Origin: an uncultured Lentimicrobiaceae bacterium
GTDB taxonomy: Bacteria; Bacteroidota; Bacteroidia; Bacteroidales; WCHB1-69
Direction of reading: 5' to 3'
NCBI GenBank assembly: GCA_964653595.1
Contig: CAZZHH010000009.1
Span: 3,506 to 67,505, forward strand
DNA: 64,000 nucleotides
The notes below the pieces were generated by a model. The model ran no database searches, was not told the origin of the DNA, and saw only the letters and a list, made by a program, of their open reading frames with translations. This document shows, in pieces, positions 38,301-47,227 of the stretch. Made by a program: the position numbers and the translations under genes. Within the stretch, counting starts at the first letter, position 1; each line of letters starts with the position of its first letter.

Positions 38301-39617
38301 ATGAAAACTTGCAAGCGATTGATCAATAGCGTTTTCGAACCTGTAAATTTGTCTCGAATTGCTATTGCGGGAATTTTTGTCGCCTCCTTTTTTCAGGTAG
38401 AGGCTCAGAATGTAGAAAATATTAAAAAAACCACCAAAGAGTTGTCGTCTCCCGCTTATTTCGGGAGAGGATATGAACATCAGGGAGACTTTTTGGCGGC
38501 TCAATATATCGAAAATGAGTATAAAACCATTGGTCTTGAAAAGCTGCAAAACCAATATCTGCTACCGTTTTCATTTTCAATCAACACCTTTCCCGATACA
38601 TTGGAACTTTCGGTTGATGGAAAAAAGTTGATCCCAGGGAAAGATTATGTATTGCGAAAATCTGCTTTTGACACGGCAGCAACGTTTAAAATTCTCTATT
38701 GCTCAAACAGTGATTTAAAATCGTTCAAAAAGGTAGAAGAGTTTGAAAAGATGAACCTCTCGGATAAAATATTGATGTTTGATTTTGATTTCTTGAACGA
38801 AAATTTCAAAACTTATGATACGGTCTATAAACGGATGTTTTCGTTGCCGGTTGCCGGAATGATAAATCTGACCACGCATCCGTTGCGCTCTTATGCAGTG
38901 CATTCTCTGAAAGTGCGCAAACGGTTCTCTTTTGATGCCAACAAAAATACGTTTGACACCACGGCAACGACTTTGACGCTGAAAGTCCATACGAAGTACC
39001 TGAAAGATTACACCACCAACAATGTGGTGGGAATGATTAAAGGGAAGAAATTTCCGGATAAATACATCGTCATTGGTGGACATTATGACCATCTGGGAGT
39101 GATGGGACAAAAGGTCTTTTTCCCTGGAGCCGATGACAATGCCAGCGGAATTGGAACAATGCTTGAATTGGCCGGCTATTTCAAGAAAAACCAACCGGAT
39201 TATTCGCTGATATTTGTGGCGTTTAGCGCCGAGGAAGCAGGATTGTTGGGGGCGACTCATTTTGTGAAAAATTACCCGGTTCCCATTGCCGACATCCGAT
39301 TTATGCTGAATTTGGACATGGTTGGATTCGGGGCAACGGGCATCGATGTTTTCAATGGAACAAACGAACCGGCGCTCATGGAGAAAATGAATGAAATTGT
39401 GAAGTTAAAGAAACTGAATATCCAATTGGTTTCGAAGGAAAACATCGATCAAAGCGATCACTTTCCATTTACTGAAAAAAAGATTCCGGCACTGTTTATC
39501 ACCTCAGGAGTAAAGGATTCTCCATGGTATCACAGCGTGGATGACACATACTCATCGGTGACTTTTGACAAAATTGAACCGTTGCTGCAACTGTTGATCG
39601 AAATGATAAAAGGATAG
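38301..39617 (+). CDS. M28-family aminopeptidase
   Basis: 438 aa with GGHYDHLG, DDNASGIGTMLELA, FVAFSAEEAGLLGA and DHFPF. Confidence 0.85.
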   Translation: MKTCKRLINSVFEPVNLSRIAIAGIFVASFFQVEAQNVENIKKTTKELSSPAYFGRGYEHQGDFLAAQYIENEYKTIGLEKLQNQYLLPFSFSINTFPDTLELSVDGKKLIPGKDYVLRKSAFDTAATFKILYCSNSDLKSFKKVEEFEKMNLSDKILMFDFDFLNENFKTYDTVYKRMFSLPVAGMINLTTHPLRSYAVHSLKVRKRFSFDANKNTFDTTATTLTLKVHTKYLKDYTTNNVVGMIKGKKFPDKYIVIGGHYDHLGVMGQKVFFPGADDNASGIGTMLELAGYFKKNQPDYSLIFVAFSAEEAGLLGATHFVKNYPVPIADIRFMLNLDMVGFGATGIDVFNGTNEPALMEKMNEIVKLKKLNIQLVSKENIDQSDHFPFTEKKIPALFITSGVKDSPWYHSVDDTYSSVTFDKIEPLLQLLIEMIKG

Positions 39618-39620
39618 ATT

Positions 39621-39661
39621 TTTGCGAGAAATTGCGAGATTCTTGTAATTTCTCGCAATTT
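39621..39661. repeat. 41-bp direct repeat, left copy (contains an 11-bp-stem hairpin)
   Basis: TTTGCGAGAAATTGCGAGATTCTTGTAATTTCTCGCAATTT is identical to 40996-41036 except position 8 (G versus T). Confidence 0.9.
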
Positions 39662-39666
39662 CTATA

Positions 39667-39674
39667 TATATTTG
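39667..39674 (+). promoter_or_regulatory. -7 box TAnnTTTG
   Basis: TATATTTG lies 18 nt upstream of the Fic ATG. Confidence 0.45.
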
Positions 39675-39691
39675 CAGAAAAGTAATTAGTT

Positions 39692-41005
39692 ATGATAGAA
39701 TCTGCACCCAATATCTCAAAATCAAGTTTATTTGAGGAGGAGAATTTTCAACGTTACATTGAGCTTCAATCATCGAATTTGTTTAAATCCATAAACAATG
39801 AATATCTCTATTGGGATAAGGTGAAATATAAGAGTAAGATAATCAAGCCTGAAGAACTTTGGAGAGCGGTAAAGATAAGCAGGTTTCTCAAAATGCAAAA
39901 TATTAAGGTTGGGAAATATACCTTCAATTATGTGATAACAGATTACATCCAAAAATCATTGCATTTTTTTGATTTGAATATTGGAGGGAATTTGAGAGGC
40001 AATATTCGAATAGCAGATACAGAAAAGACAAAGTACCTGATTAGCTCGATTATGGAAGAGGCTATATCGAGTAGTCAGATGGAGGGAGCGGCGACAACCC
40101 GCAAAAAGGCCAAGGAGATGCTTCAAAAGGAACTCAAACCAAGAAGCAAATCGGATCAAATGATATTGAATAATTTTATCACAATTCAACATGTTATTGA
40201 ACATAAAAACGACGATTTAACCCTTGAAAATCTGTGCTATATCCATCGTCTGATATCGAAAAATACACTTGATAAATCAGAAGAGGAGGGTGTTATTCGT
40301 AATCATGATGATATATTTGTAGTCGATCATCTAACCAGTGAGGTTGTTCATCAGCCGCCAAGTTGTACCGAGATCCCCCAATTGTTAGATGAACTTTGCC
40401 TGTTTTTCAATCAAGACACTGAAAACTTCATACATCCAATTATCAAAGGAATCATTATTCATTTTATGGTCGCTTGGATTCATCCATTTAGTGATGGAAA
40501 TGGAAGAACAGCCAGGACTTTGTTCTATTGGTATATGTTGAAAAACGGGTATTGGCTAACCGAATATCTCTCCATTTCCAGAATTATCAAAGATACAAAA
40601 AGTCAATATGAGAAGGCATTTATGTACAGTGAAATGGATGATAACGACTTGACCTATTTTGTTACATATCATATCAAAACTATGGATAAGGCTTTTGCAG
40701 CTCTAAAAGAGTATATTGGCAGAAAACAAAAAGAGGTTATACGGTCAGCTCAGTTTTTGAAAATTCCAAATATCAATGAGCGGCAAGCTCAAATCATAAA
40801 ACTGTTAAACGAGGAATCGGATAGAGTGTTGAATATCAAAGAGATTGAAAATCGATTCCAAACTTCAAATTTTACGGCTCGTTCAGATTTAAAAGGATTG
40901 GTTGAGCTCGGATATTTGGAAATAATACAAGTAAACAAAATCAAGCAGAGTTTTGTGAAATCATCAGAATTTGATTCGATTTTAAAAAAATACAATTTGC
41001 GATAA
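39692..41005 (+). CDS. Fic-family protein (class II, N-terminal inhibitory helix) with C-terminal wHTH-like region
   Basis: 437 aa with the Fic motif HPFSDGNGRTAR and an inhibitory-helix motif [ST]xxxE[GN] in SSQMEG. Confidence 0.9.
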   Translation: MIESAPNISKSSLFEEENFQRYIELQSSNLFKSINNEYLYWDKVKYKSKIIKPEELWRAVKISRFLKMQNIKVGKYTFNYVITDYIQKSLHFFDLNIGGNLRGNIRIADTEKTKYLISSIMEEAISSSQMEGAATTRKKAKEMLQKELKPRSKSDQMILNNFITIQHVIEHKNDDLTLENLCYIHRLISKNTLDKSEEEGVIRNHDDIFVVDHLTSEVVHQPPSCTEIPQLLDELCLFFNQDTENFIHPIIKGIIIHFMVAWIHPFSDGNGRTARTLFYWYMLKNGYWLTEYLSISRIIKDTKSQYEKAFMYSEMDDNDLTYFVTYHIKTMDKAFAALKEYIGRKQKEVIRSAQFLKIPNINERQAQIIKLLNEESDRVLNIKEIENRFQTSNFTARSDLKGLVELGYLEIIQVNKIKQSFVKSSEFDSILKKYNLR

Positions 41006-41036
41006 ATTGCGAGATTCTTGTAATTTCTCGCAATTT
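40996..41036. repeat. 41-bp direct repeat, right copy
   Basis: It covers the last three Fic codons and the stop. The single mismatch to the left copy (GAA to TAA) creates that stop codon. Confidence 0.9.
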
Positions 41037-41099
41037 GATATTTAATCGAAAAAAATTAAGTTTTTACAAACTAATTGTTCTATAAAACAATAAATAGTA

Positions 41100-41107
41100 T
41101 ATATTTG
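41100..41107 (+). promoter_or_regulatory. -7 box TAnnTTTG
   Basis: TATATTTG lies 48 nt upstream of the ATG at 41155. Confidence 0.4.
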
Positions 41108-41154
41108 CAATATACATTTAGTTTAATGTTTTTTCGAATCTAAAAATTCAATAT

Positions 41155-42126
41155 ATGAAGAACAATTTCACTTTATTTATTTTTGTCTTTCTATTTCTTT
41201 TGAATTCAGCTTTACACTCCCAAACAGAATCTTCAACCACGATAATAAAAAACGAAACGGATACTCTTTTCGACTATACCTCTTGGCCAAATAAAGGCAG
41301 AATCGGCATTATGCCAGTGCAATTACTTCCATGGTTGAGCAGTAACAACATGTTAAACTATGGCATCGGAGCCGATGTGGAGTTTGCTTTGCCGAAATGG
41401 GCAACTTTTAGAGTTGTTGCATCTATAAATTTGTTCGAAGGCGAGCGGAAAGTTTGGAAAGAGAAAGTTTGGGACAATGTAGACAATGTTAATAATGGAT
41501 ATTGGATGGAAGGTGGTGTAGACATTAATGTGTACGATTTTAAAAGCAAATCATCCTCATTTGAAATCGATTCAAATGGCAGGTATATCTATACAGATGC
41601 CATCGAAAGGAAAAATATAAATGGCAAAATATCAGATGAAACCATTTCAATCACTCAACCCCTTTATGGAAAGTATTATTCATTTGCTTCATTTGTATAC
41701 CGTCCGGCAGTAAGAGTTGGTTTTATACAATATCAAAACACATTTGCCGACAAATCAGTAGAATATGTCACAAACATCAGCACGAGTATGTTTTATGGAG
41801 GACTTAGTTTCTCAAAAATTGGGTTAGGTCGTGCTTTTTATCTATCAGGGTATGCAGATGTTCTTTACAAAACAGCATTAAAAACACCCATCGAAAGCGT
41901 AGCCTACGAAACCAGATCTGTGGATGGTTTGATTGGATATAGAGCCGGACTAAGAGCTAGTTCTGATTGGCTTGGAGGATTAATTGAATTTGGAATGTCT
42001 CCAGGATTGGATGTACTAGAATCCTATCTTAAACTTGGACTTGTCATAAATTACCATCTCCTACCCCCTCGAAAAAATAAATTTAAAAAGGTATTAGAAA
42101 GCGACATCGAAAATCAAAAAGATTAA
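41155..42126 (+). CDS. Hypothetical secreted / outer-membrane protein
   Basis: 323 aa. Signal peptide (FIFVFLFLLNSALHSQ) and alternating beta-strand-like segments. No recognised domain. Confidence 0.5.
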   Translation: MKNNFTLFIFVFLFLLNSALHSQTESSTTIIKNETDTLFDYTSWPNKGRIGIMPVQLLPWLSSNNMLNYGIGADVEFALPKWATFRVVASINLFEGERKVWKEKVWDNVDNVNNGYWMEGGVDINVYDFKSKSSSFEIDSNGRYIYTDAIERKNINGKISDETISITQPLYGKYYSFASFVYRPAVRVGFIQYQNTFADKSVEYVTNISTSMFYGGLSFSKIGLGRAFYLSGYADVLYKTALKTPIESVAYETRSVDGLIGYRAGLRASSDWLGGLIEFGMSPGLDVLESYLKLGLVINYHLLPPRKNKFKKVLESDIENQKD

Positions 42127-42152
42127 TTTTTTTTAAAAACTTAGAGCAAGAT

Positions 42153-43223
42153 ATGAAAAAAATATTACTCATTGTTGGGATGATAATAAGCATTATCAGT
42201 GTTTATGGTCAACAACCTTTAACAAAGGATTATATGCCCAATGTTGGGGATACTATATTTTACAAGACAAGTATGCAAATAGTGACCGATTTTGCTCCCA
42301 CTGGAGAAAATTATCTTTGGGATTTTAGCATGCACACAGGCATTACTTGGCTTGCTGATACTTTTGTATCGGTAATATCCACTCCGCTTGCATACAATGT
42401 AGCATTCAACAATCCTTTAACACCTTCATATCAAGCTACCATAGCTTCACCACAGGCAGATATGACCATTCCCCCTAGCACATCCATTACCAATGTGTAT
42501 TATTACTTCAAGGAGACAAATAGTTACTATGCTCAAGTTGGATTAGCAGCCAATGTAAGTGGAGCTCCCCTCCCTGTAAAAAATGACGATATTGACTTTA
42601 TATATCACTTTCCATTCAACATGAATGATCGTGACACCTGCTTTTCGTCCTATAAAATAAGCATCCCAACGTTAGGGTCCTATTTCCACAGACAAACAAG
42701 AACAAATCACTACGATGGGTGGGGAACTCTTTACACTCCTATTGACACGTTTGAAGTATTTCGAATTAAAACGGTCATCAACGCAAGAGATAGCGTATTT
42801 ATCACTCAAAACTATTTAAATATCCCGATTGCTTTTAATTCTATAACCACCGAATATAAATGGTTTTCTCCAAACGAAAGAAATCCAGTTTTTATCGCAA
42901 CTACTGTCCAAAATCAAAGTCAAACCACCAGAACCGTAAAATATAAAGACAATCCAAAACTATATTTAGCGGTTGCTGAAAAAGCACTTTCTTCAGTAGA
43001 AATATTCCCTAATCCCTTTGCTAATATCATTACCATTTATTCAAAATCAGATAATCCCATTCAAGGCATTAAGTTATATAACCTTACGGGCAGCTTAATT
43101 CCAGTACAAATGACAGAAACTAATTTGGGTTGGCAATTACACGTTGACCAGCTTTCAAGCAATCCTTATTTGATTGAAGTAATAACTAAAAATGGCACTG
43201 AACGAAGAGTAATGATAAAATAA
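42153..43223 (+). CDS. Hypothetical T9SS-sorted protein
   Basis: 356 aa with a signal peptide and a C-terminal T9SS-type sorting domain (IFPNPFANIITIYS ... YLIEVITKNG). Confidence 0.6.
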   Translation: MKKILLIVGMIISIISVYGQQPLTKDYMPNVGDTIFYKTSMQIVTDFAPTGENYLWDFSMHTGITWLADTFVSVISTPLAYNVAFNNPLTPSYQATIASPQADMTIPPSTSITNVYYYFKETNSYYAQVGLAANVSGAPLPVKNDDIDFIYHFPFNMNDRDTCFSSYKISIPTLGSYFHRQTRTNHYDGWGTLYTPIDTFEVFRIKTVINARDSVFITQNYLNIPIAFNSITTEYKWFSPNERNPVFIATTVQNQSQTTRTVKYKDNPKLYLAVAEKALSSVEIFPNPFANIITIYSKSDNPIQGIKLYNLTGSLIPVQMTETNLGWQLHVDQLSSNPYLIEVITKNGTERRVMIK

Positions 43224-43465
43224 TTTTTTCTATCTCGTAAAAAACAACTTTTGAATTTACAATACTAAATCAGAATCAATATTAGGACTAAAAAATTTTA
43301 CTTTTTTATCTTATTGAGAATTAACACTTATAAAAAAATAATACAAACTCAGGTTTAGAAAAAAATATTTTTAATGAAATAATTTAAAAAAGGAATAGTA
43401 ATAAAAAATAATTGTATATTTACTCCCAGAAAATAATAAGAAGATATTAACAAAATTTTTTTCAC

Positions 43466-43888
43466 ATGACTGCTGAAGCCGATAACAATGTAAGTTTTTT
43501 CCGATTTGAAGATTTACGGATTTATGCAAAAGCATTAGGGTACATCAACTGGGTTCACCAAGCTACTTCTACTTTTCCAGAAAGCGCCCAAGAAGGTCTA
43601 ACTAATCAATTCATAAAAACAACTCAGACCATTGCCTTACACATTGCCGAAGGCTCTGCTCGAAACAAAAGTCAATTTGTTTATTATCTAAAAATGGCAA
43701 AGAGTGCTGTGCGCGATTGTGTTGTTTACACATCTATTGCTACCCAATTAGGACTTTTTAATAAAGAAAATTCTGAATTTTCCAGAAGCCAATTGATGGA
43801 ACTTACAAAAATGATTGGGTCATTAATAGCTTCGTTACAAAGATCGATGCCACCCGGAAAAGAGGAAGATGACATCGATGAAATTTAA
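43466..43888 (+). CDS. Four-helix-bundle protein (23S rRNA intervening-sequence protein family)
   Basis: 140 aa with FRFEDLRIY, QFIKTTQTIALHIAEGSAR and YLKMAKSAVRDC. This second copy in the window has an acidic tail. Confidence 0.75.
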   Translation: MTAEADNNVSFFRFEDLRIYAKALGYINWVHQATSTFPESAQEGLTNQFIKTTQTIALHIAEGSARNKSQFVYYLKMAKSAVRDCVVYTSIATQLGLFNKENSEFSRSQLMELTKMIGSLIASLQRSMPPGKEEDDIDEI

Positions 43889-43917
43889 ATAATAGGCTCA
43901 TATTATAAAAATATTTT

Positions 43918-43958
43918 AGGAGGCACGACACTGAAATTTTGTTGTTGCCTCTTTTTTT
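43918..43958 (+). terminator. Hairpin plus T7
   Basis: GAGGCA (43920-43925) pairs with TGCCTC (43946-43951), followed by T7. The loop is large. Confidence 0.4.
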
Positions 43959-43999
43959 ATTTACTTTGCCAAAGAATTAAATTAAAAAAATATAATATC

Positions 44000-45247
44000 A
44001 TGGCAATTGTAAAAGCATTTAAGGGACTTCGTCCACCAAAAAACATCGTACAACAGTTAGCATCTCGCCCATACGACGTGCTAAACTCCGAAGAAGCTCG
44101 CATCGAAGCGGAAGGAAACCCATATTCATTGCTTCACGTAACCAAGTCGGAAATAGATTTACCTAAGGGAATCGACGAACACAGCGATGAAGTTTATAAC
44201 AAGGTAGCGAAAAACTTCACCAAATTTCAAAACGAAAAATGGTTGGTTCGCGACAACAAAGAGAACCTATACATTTATGCACAAACCATGGACGGTCGAA
44301 CCCAATACGGAATAGTTGGTTGCACACATATTGATGATTATTTCAACAACAACATCAAAAAGCACGAACTTACCCGTAAAGACAAAGAAGAAGACCGTAT
44401 GATGCACGTGCGCGTGGCCAATGCCAACGTGGAACCCGTGTTCTTTGCATATCCAGCTCATGCAGAAATCGATAAAATTGTTGCAACCATCACCTCTTCT
44501 CCAGCGGAATACGACTTTGTTTCAGACGAAGGATTCGGCCACCACTTTTGGGTGATCGAAGACGATGCCACCATCAACCGCATCGTTGAAATTTTCAAAA
44601 ACGAAATCCCTGCACTTTATGTCGCCGACGGTCACCACAGAACCGCCGCTGCCGCTTTGGTTGGACAAGAAAGGAAGAAAAACAACCCAAATCACACAGG
44701 CAACGAAGAATACAACTACTTCATGTCCGTCATTTTCCCTGACAACCAACTGAAAATCATTGATTACAACCGCGTGGTGAAAGATTTGAATGGGTTGACC
44801 AAAGAGCAGCTAATAGCAAAAATCGGTGAAGTTTTTGAAGTTAAAAACATGGGAAAAGAGATCTACGCTCCTGCTAAACTTCACGAATTCAGCATGTACA
44901 TCGACAGCGAATGGTACAAACTAACTGCAAAACAAGGAACATACAACGATGCCGATCCAATCGGAGTATTGGATGTGACCATTCTCTCCAACTTGGTATT
45001 GGACAAAATATTGGACATCAAAGATTTGAGAACTTCTAAACGCATCGATTTCGTTGGCGGAATCAGAGGTCTGGGCGAACTCAAACGTCGCGTTGACAGC
45101 GGTGAAATGGCTGTGGCTTTCGCATTATATGCCGTATCGATGAAACAGTTGATCGACATCGCGGACACCGGCAACATCATGCCTCCAAAAACCACCTGGT
45201 TCGAACCAAAATTGCGTTCAGGATTGGTGATTCATACTTTAGACTAG
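44000..45247 (+). CDS. DUF1015 family protein
   Basis: 415 aa. The N-terminus AIVKAFKGLRP...ASRPYDVL and the ADGHHR motif are typical of DUF1015. Confidence 0.85.
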   Translation: MAIVKAFKGLRPPKNIVQQLASRPYDVLNSEEARIEAEGNPYSLLHVTKSEIDLPKGIDEHSDEVYNKVAKNFTKFQNEKWLVRDNKENLYIYAQTMDGRTQYGIVGCTHIDDYFNNNIKKHELTRKDKEEDRMMHVRVANANVEPVFFAYPAHAEIDKIVATITSSPAEYDFVSDEGFGHHFWVIEDDATINRIVEIFKNEIPALYVADGHHRTAAAALVGQERKKNNPNHTGNEEYNYFMSVIFPDNQLKIIDYNRVVKDLNGLTKEQLIAKIGEVFEVKNMGKEIYAPAKLHEFSMYIDSEWYKLTAKQGTYNDADPIGVLDVTILSNLVLDKILDIKDLRTSKRIDFVGGIRGLGELKRRVDSGEMAVAFALYAVSMKQLIDIADTGNIMPPKTTWFEPKLRSGLVIHTLD

Positions 45248-45299
45248 TAAATAGGAATTGAATGATATAAAAAAGGGTGGCTTTGGGTCACTCTTTTTT

Positions 45300-46403
45300 T
45301 TACAACACCACCTCTTTAATCTCATCAATCATTGCTTTGGCTTTGCCCAAAGAGAGTCCGATCCTATCCGCCAGTCTTAAAACATCCTTTTCCTCTGGCA
45401 AACCATTCCCCAAAACAGTGGTCGTGTGATTTCCGTTGAAGCCATAACTTGGAGTGATGTCGTATGCCGGAGACAAAATCCATTTATGGTCTTTGTATAT
45501 AAATGAAAAATTTTTGGCATGATCGTCTCTGTTTTTTACCAAAATATTAAAAACCATCCGCTTAAACATCCGCTCCACTTCTCCAAAATCATTGGTCAGT
45601 GCTCTGGTGAGTTTCATCAAATCTTCATAATCCAGAGATGGCAATCGATGGTTTGCATACAAAAGTCCTGAAACCGAATGAACATGCACTCTGTTTATTA
45701 GATTTCTATCAAACAGTTTGGACCCAAAATATTTACCGTTAAAAAGTTCATATTCAGGGACTTCTATTCCGCATTTAGTAGCCATTTGCGAGCAATGATA
45801 TTCAATTTCACCGATTTTTGGATCGTCATATTGTGCAGGAAATTTGACCAACCACAGTTCGTTTTCGTAACGAATAATCACTTTGGGCCTAACGCCTGCC
45901 GAAGAGCCATTTTTTGCAATCAACAGCTCTAAATCATCAACATCTTGTTCTGAAAGAACTTTTTCCACTTCATGCGCAAAGAAATCCAAATCATGTGGTT
46001 CGTCTTTATATTTAATTTTGTAATCAGGTTCGTAGCAAAGCGCACCCATTCCACTTTTTCCGACCAAACTCAGCCGATCCAAAACGGACAGCGAACGCAC
46101 ATCAACACCATTTTTACGCAAATACCGATCGATAAGCAATCTTCCCCATCCATCGGGCAGACTATCGTTAAACACTCCAAAAAGACCTTCAAAAGGCGCT
46201 TGTTTGGCCACAAAAGACTCGTTTGTCAGCGGAAGATAAAACGGCGAGATTGAAAACCCCGTTTCCAACCACTCTTTGTTATATTCAAAAACGGCTAAAT
46301 TATGTTTATTCAGCACCATTCTACCAACCAATCGATCATTGAATGTGATCTTTAATAAATTTACAGAATTAACCATTTTTCCTCGCTCTTTTTCGTTGAA
46401 CAT
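45300..46403 (-). CDS. hipA: HipA-family kinase toxin
   Basis: 367 aa with HipA N-terminal coupling-domain motifs (SLPDGWGRLL, LSVLDRL) and a kinase-core DDHAKNFS. The true start may be the second Met (46376). Confidence 0.85.
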   Translation of the reverse strand: MFNEKERGKMVNSVNLLKITFNDRLVGRMVLNKHNLAVFEYNKEWLETGFSISPFYLPLTNESFVAKQAPFEGLFGVFNDSLPDGWGRLLIDRYLRKNGVDVRSLSVLDRLSLVGKSGMGALCYEPDYKIKYKDEPHDLDFFAHEVEKVLSEQDVDDLELLIAKNGSSAGVRPKVIIRYENELWLVKFPAQYDDPKIGEIEYHCSQMATKCGIEVPEYELFNGKYFGSKLFDRNLINRVHVHSVSGLLYANHRLPSLDYEDLMKLTRALTNDFGEVERMFKRMVFNILVKNRDDHAKNFSFIYKDHKWILSPAYDITPSYGFNGNHTTTVLGNGLPEEKDVLRLADRIGLSLGKAKAMIDEIKEVVL

Positions 46404-46683
46404 TTTTTTTTTGTTTCAAAATATCATCAATACGCTCTGGCTTTTCCACTACAAACAATTCATAAAAAGGCTCTGTAGCTTGCAACGCAATGGCTAACTG
46501 AAGCAAACTTTTTAATGAAATTTCCGAAATTGATTCAAAACGTTTCAATGAACCAAGACTCACCCCTGACTTCTGAGACAACACCTCTTGGGTGTAATTC
46601 AAATCCAACCGACGCCGTTTCATGTTTTGAGATATATGTTTGGCGATAGAAAAAGGAATATTATCGTTTAATATATTATCCAT
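46369..46683 (-). CDS. hipB: XRE-family HTH antitoxin (HipB-like)
   Basis: 104 aa with an HTH (LNYTQEVLSQKSGVSLGSLKRFE). It overlaps the hipA start. Confidence 0.75.
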   Translation of the reverse strand: MDNILNDNIPFSIAKHISQNMKRRRLDLNYTQEVLSQKSGVSLGSLKRFESISEISLKSLLQLAIALQATEPFYELFVVEKPERIDDILKQKKNVQRKRARKNG

Positions 46684-47005
46684 ACAGTATATATTTTAGA
46701 TTTAACATTTAATATTTTATCTATTATAACACAAAGATACAACAAATATAACACAAAACAATATCTTTTTCAAAATATCACATATTAATACTAATATTTT
46801 ATCTATTAACTACATAAATAAACTTTATCGGATAATATCTTAACTATAATAAATAAACTTTGCTGTTTGAATATAATAAAATTGATATCAGACCTAACGG
46901 CACTTATGTCTTGAGAAAATTTACTTTTTTCACCGACATTACGTCCCTAACGGGACTGAAAATCAAACTATCCAGAAAGCACTTAAAAAAATTTCCACTT
47001 TCAAA

Positions 47006-47221
47006 CTTTATGGATCCCGCAAAACAAGTCACCATCTGGCTGATCAATTTCATAAAGTTTTGCGAGGACTCTCGAAAAATTACAATCCGTAGTTTGACGG
47101 ATTGATTTTTCGGAGCTTTATAGACTTTATAGATCCTGCAAAACAAGAAATCTTCGATTTCATAGTTTTGCGAGGATGCACGAATTATTACAATCCGTCG
47201 GTTGACGGATTTATAATTCGG
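47006..47221. repeat. Two tandem ~100-bp structured repeat units
   Basis: Unit 1 spans 47006-47112 and unit 2 spans 47125-47221. Each has CGCAAAAC...GTTTTGCG and CAATCCGT-N-ACGGATTG hairpins. It lies directly 3' of prmC. Confidence 0.75.
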
Positions 47222-47227
47222 CACTTT

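Noticed and set aside
39621-41036. Fic cassette as an integron gene cassette with attC-like hairpins
   Set aside because: There is no integrase, no attI and no array of cassettes in the window. The two hairpins are near-identical direct repeats rather than the variable imperfect attC sites. It is kept as a finding, but not under the integron label.
46860-47224. Track ORFs 46860..47105 (+) and 46904..47224 (-), the latter with an internal peptide repeat
   Set aside because: The peptide repeat simply mirrors the two tandem DNA units. There is no start context or motif, and the ORFs overlap each other on opposite strands.
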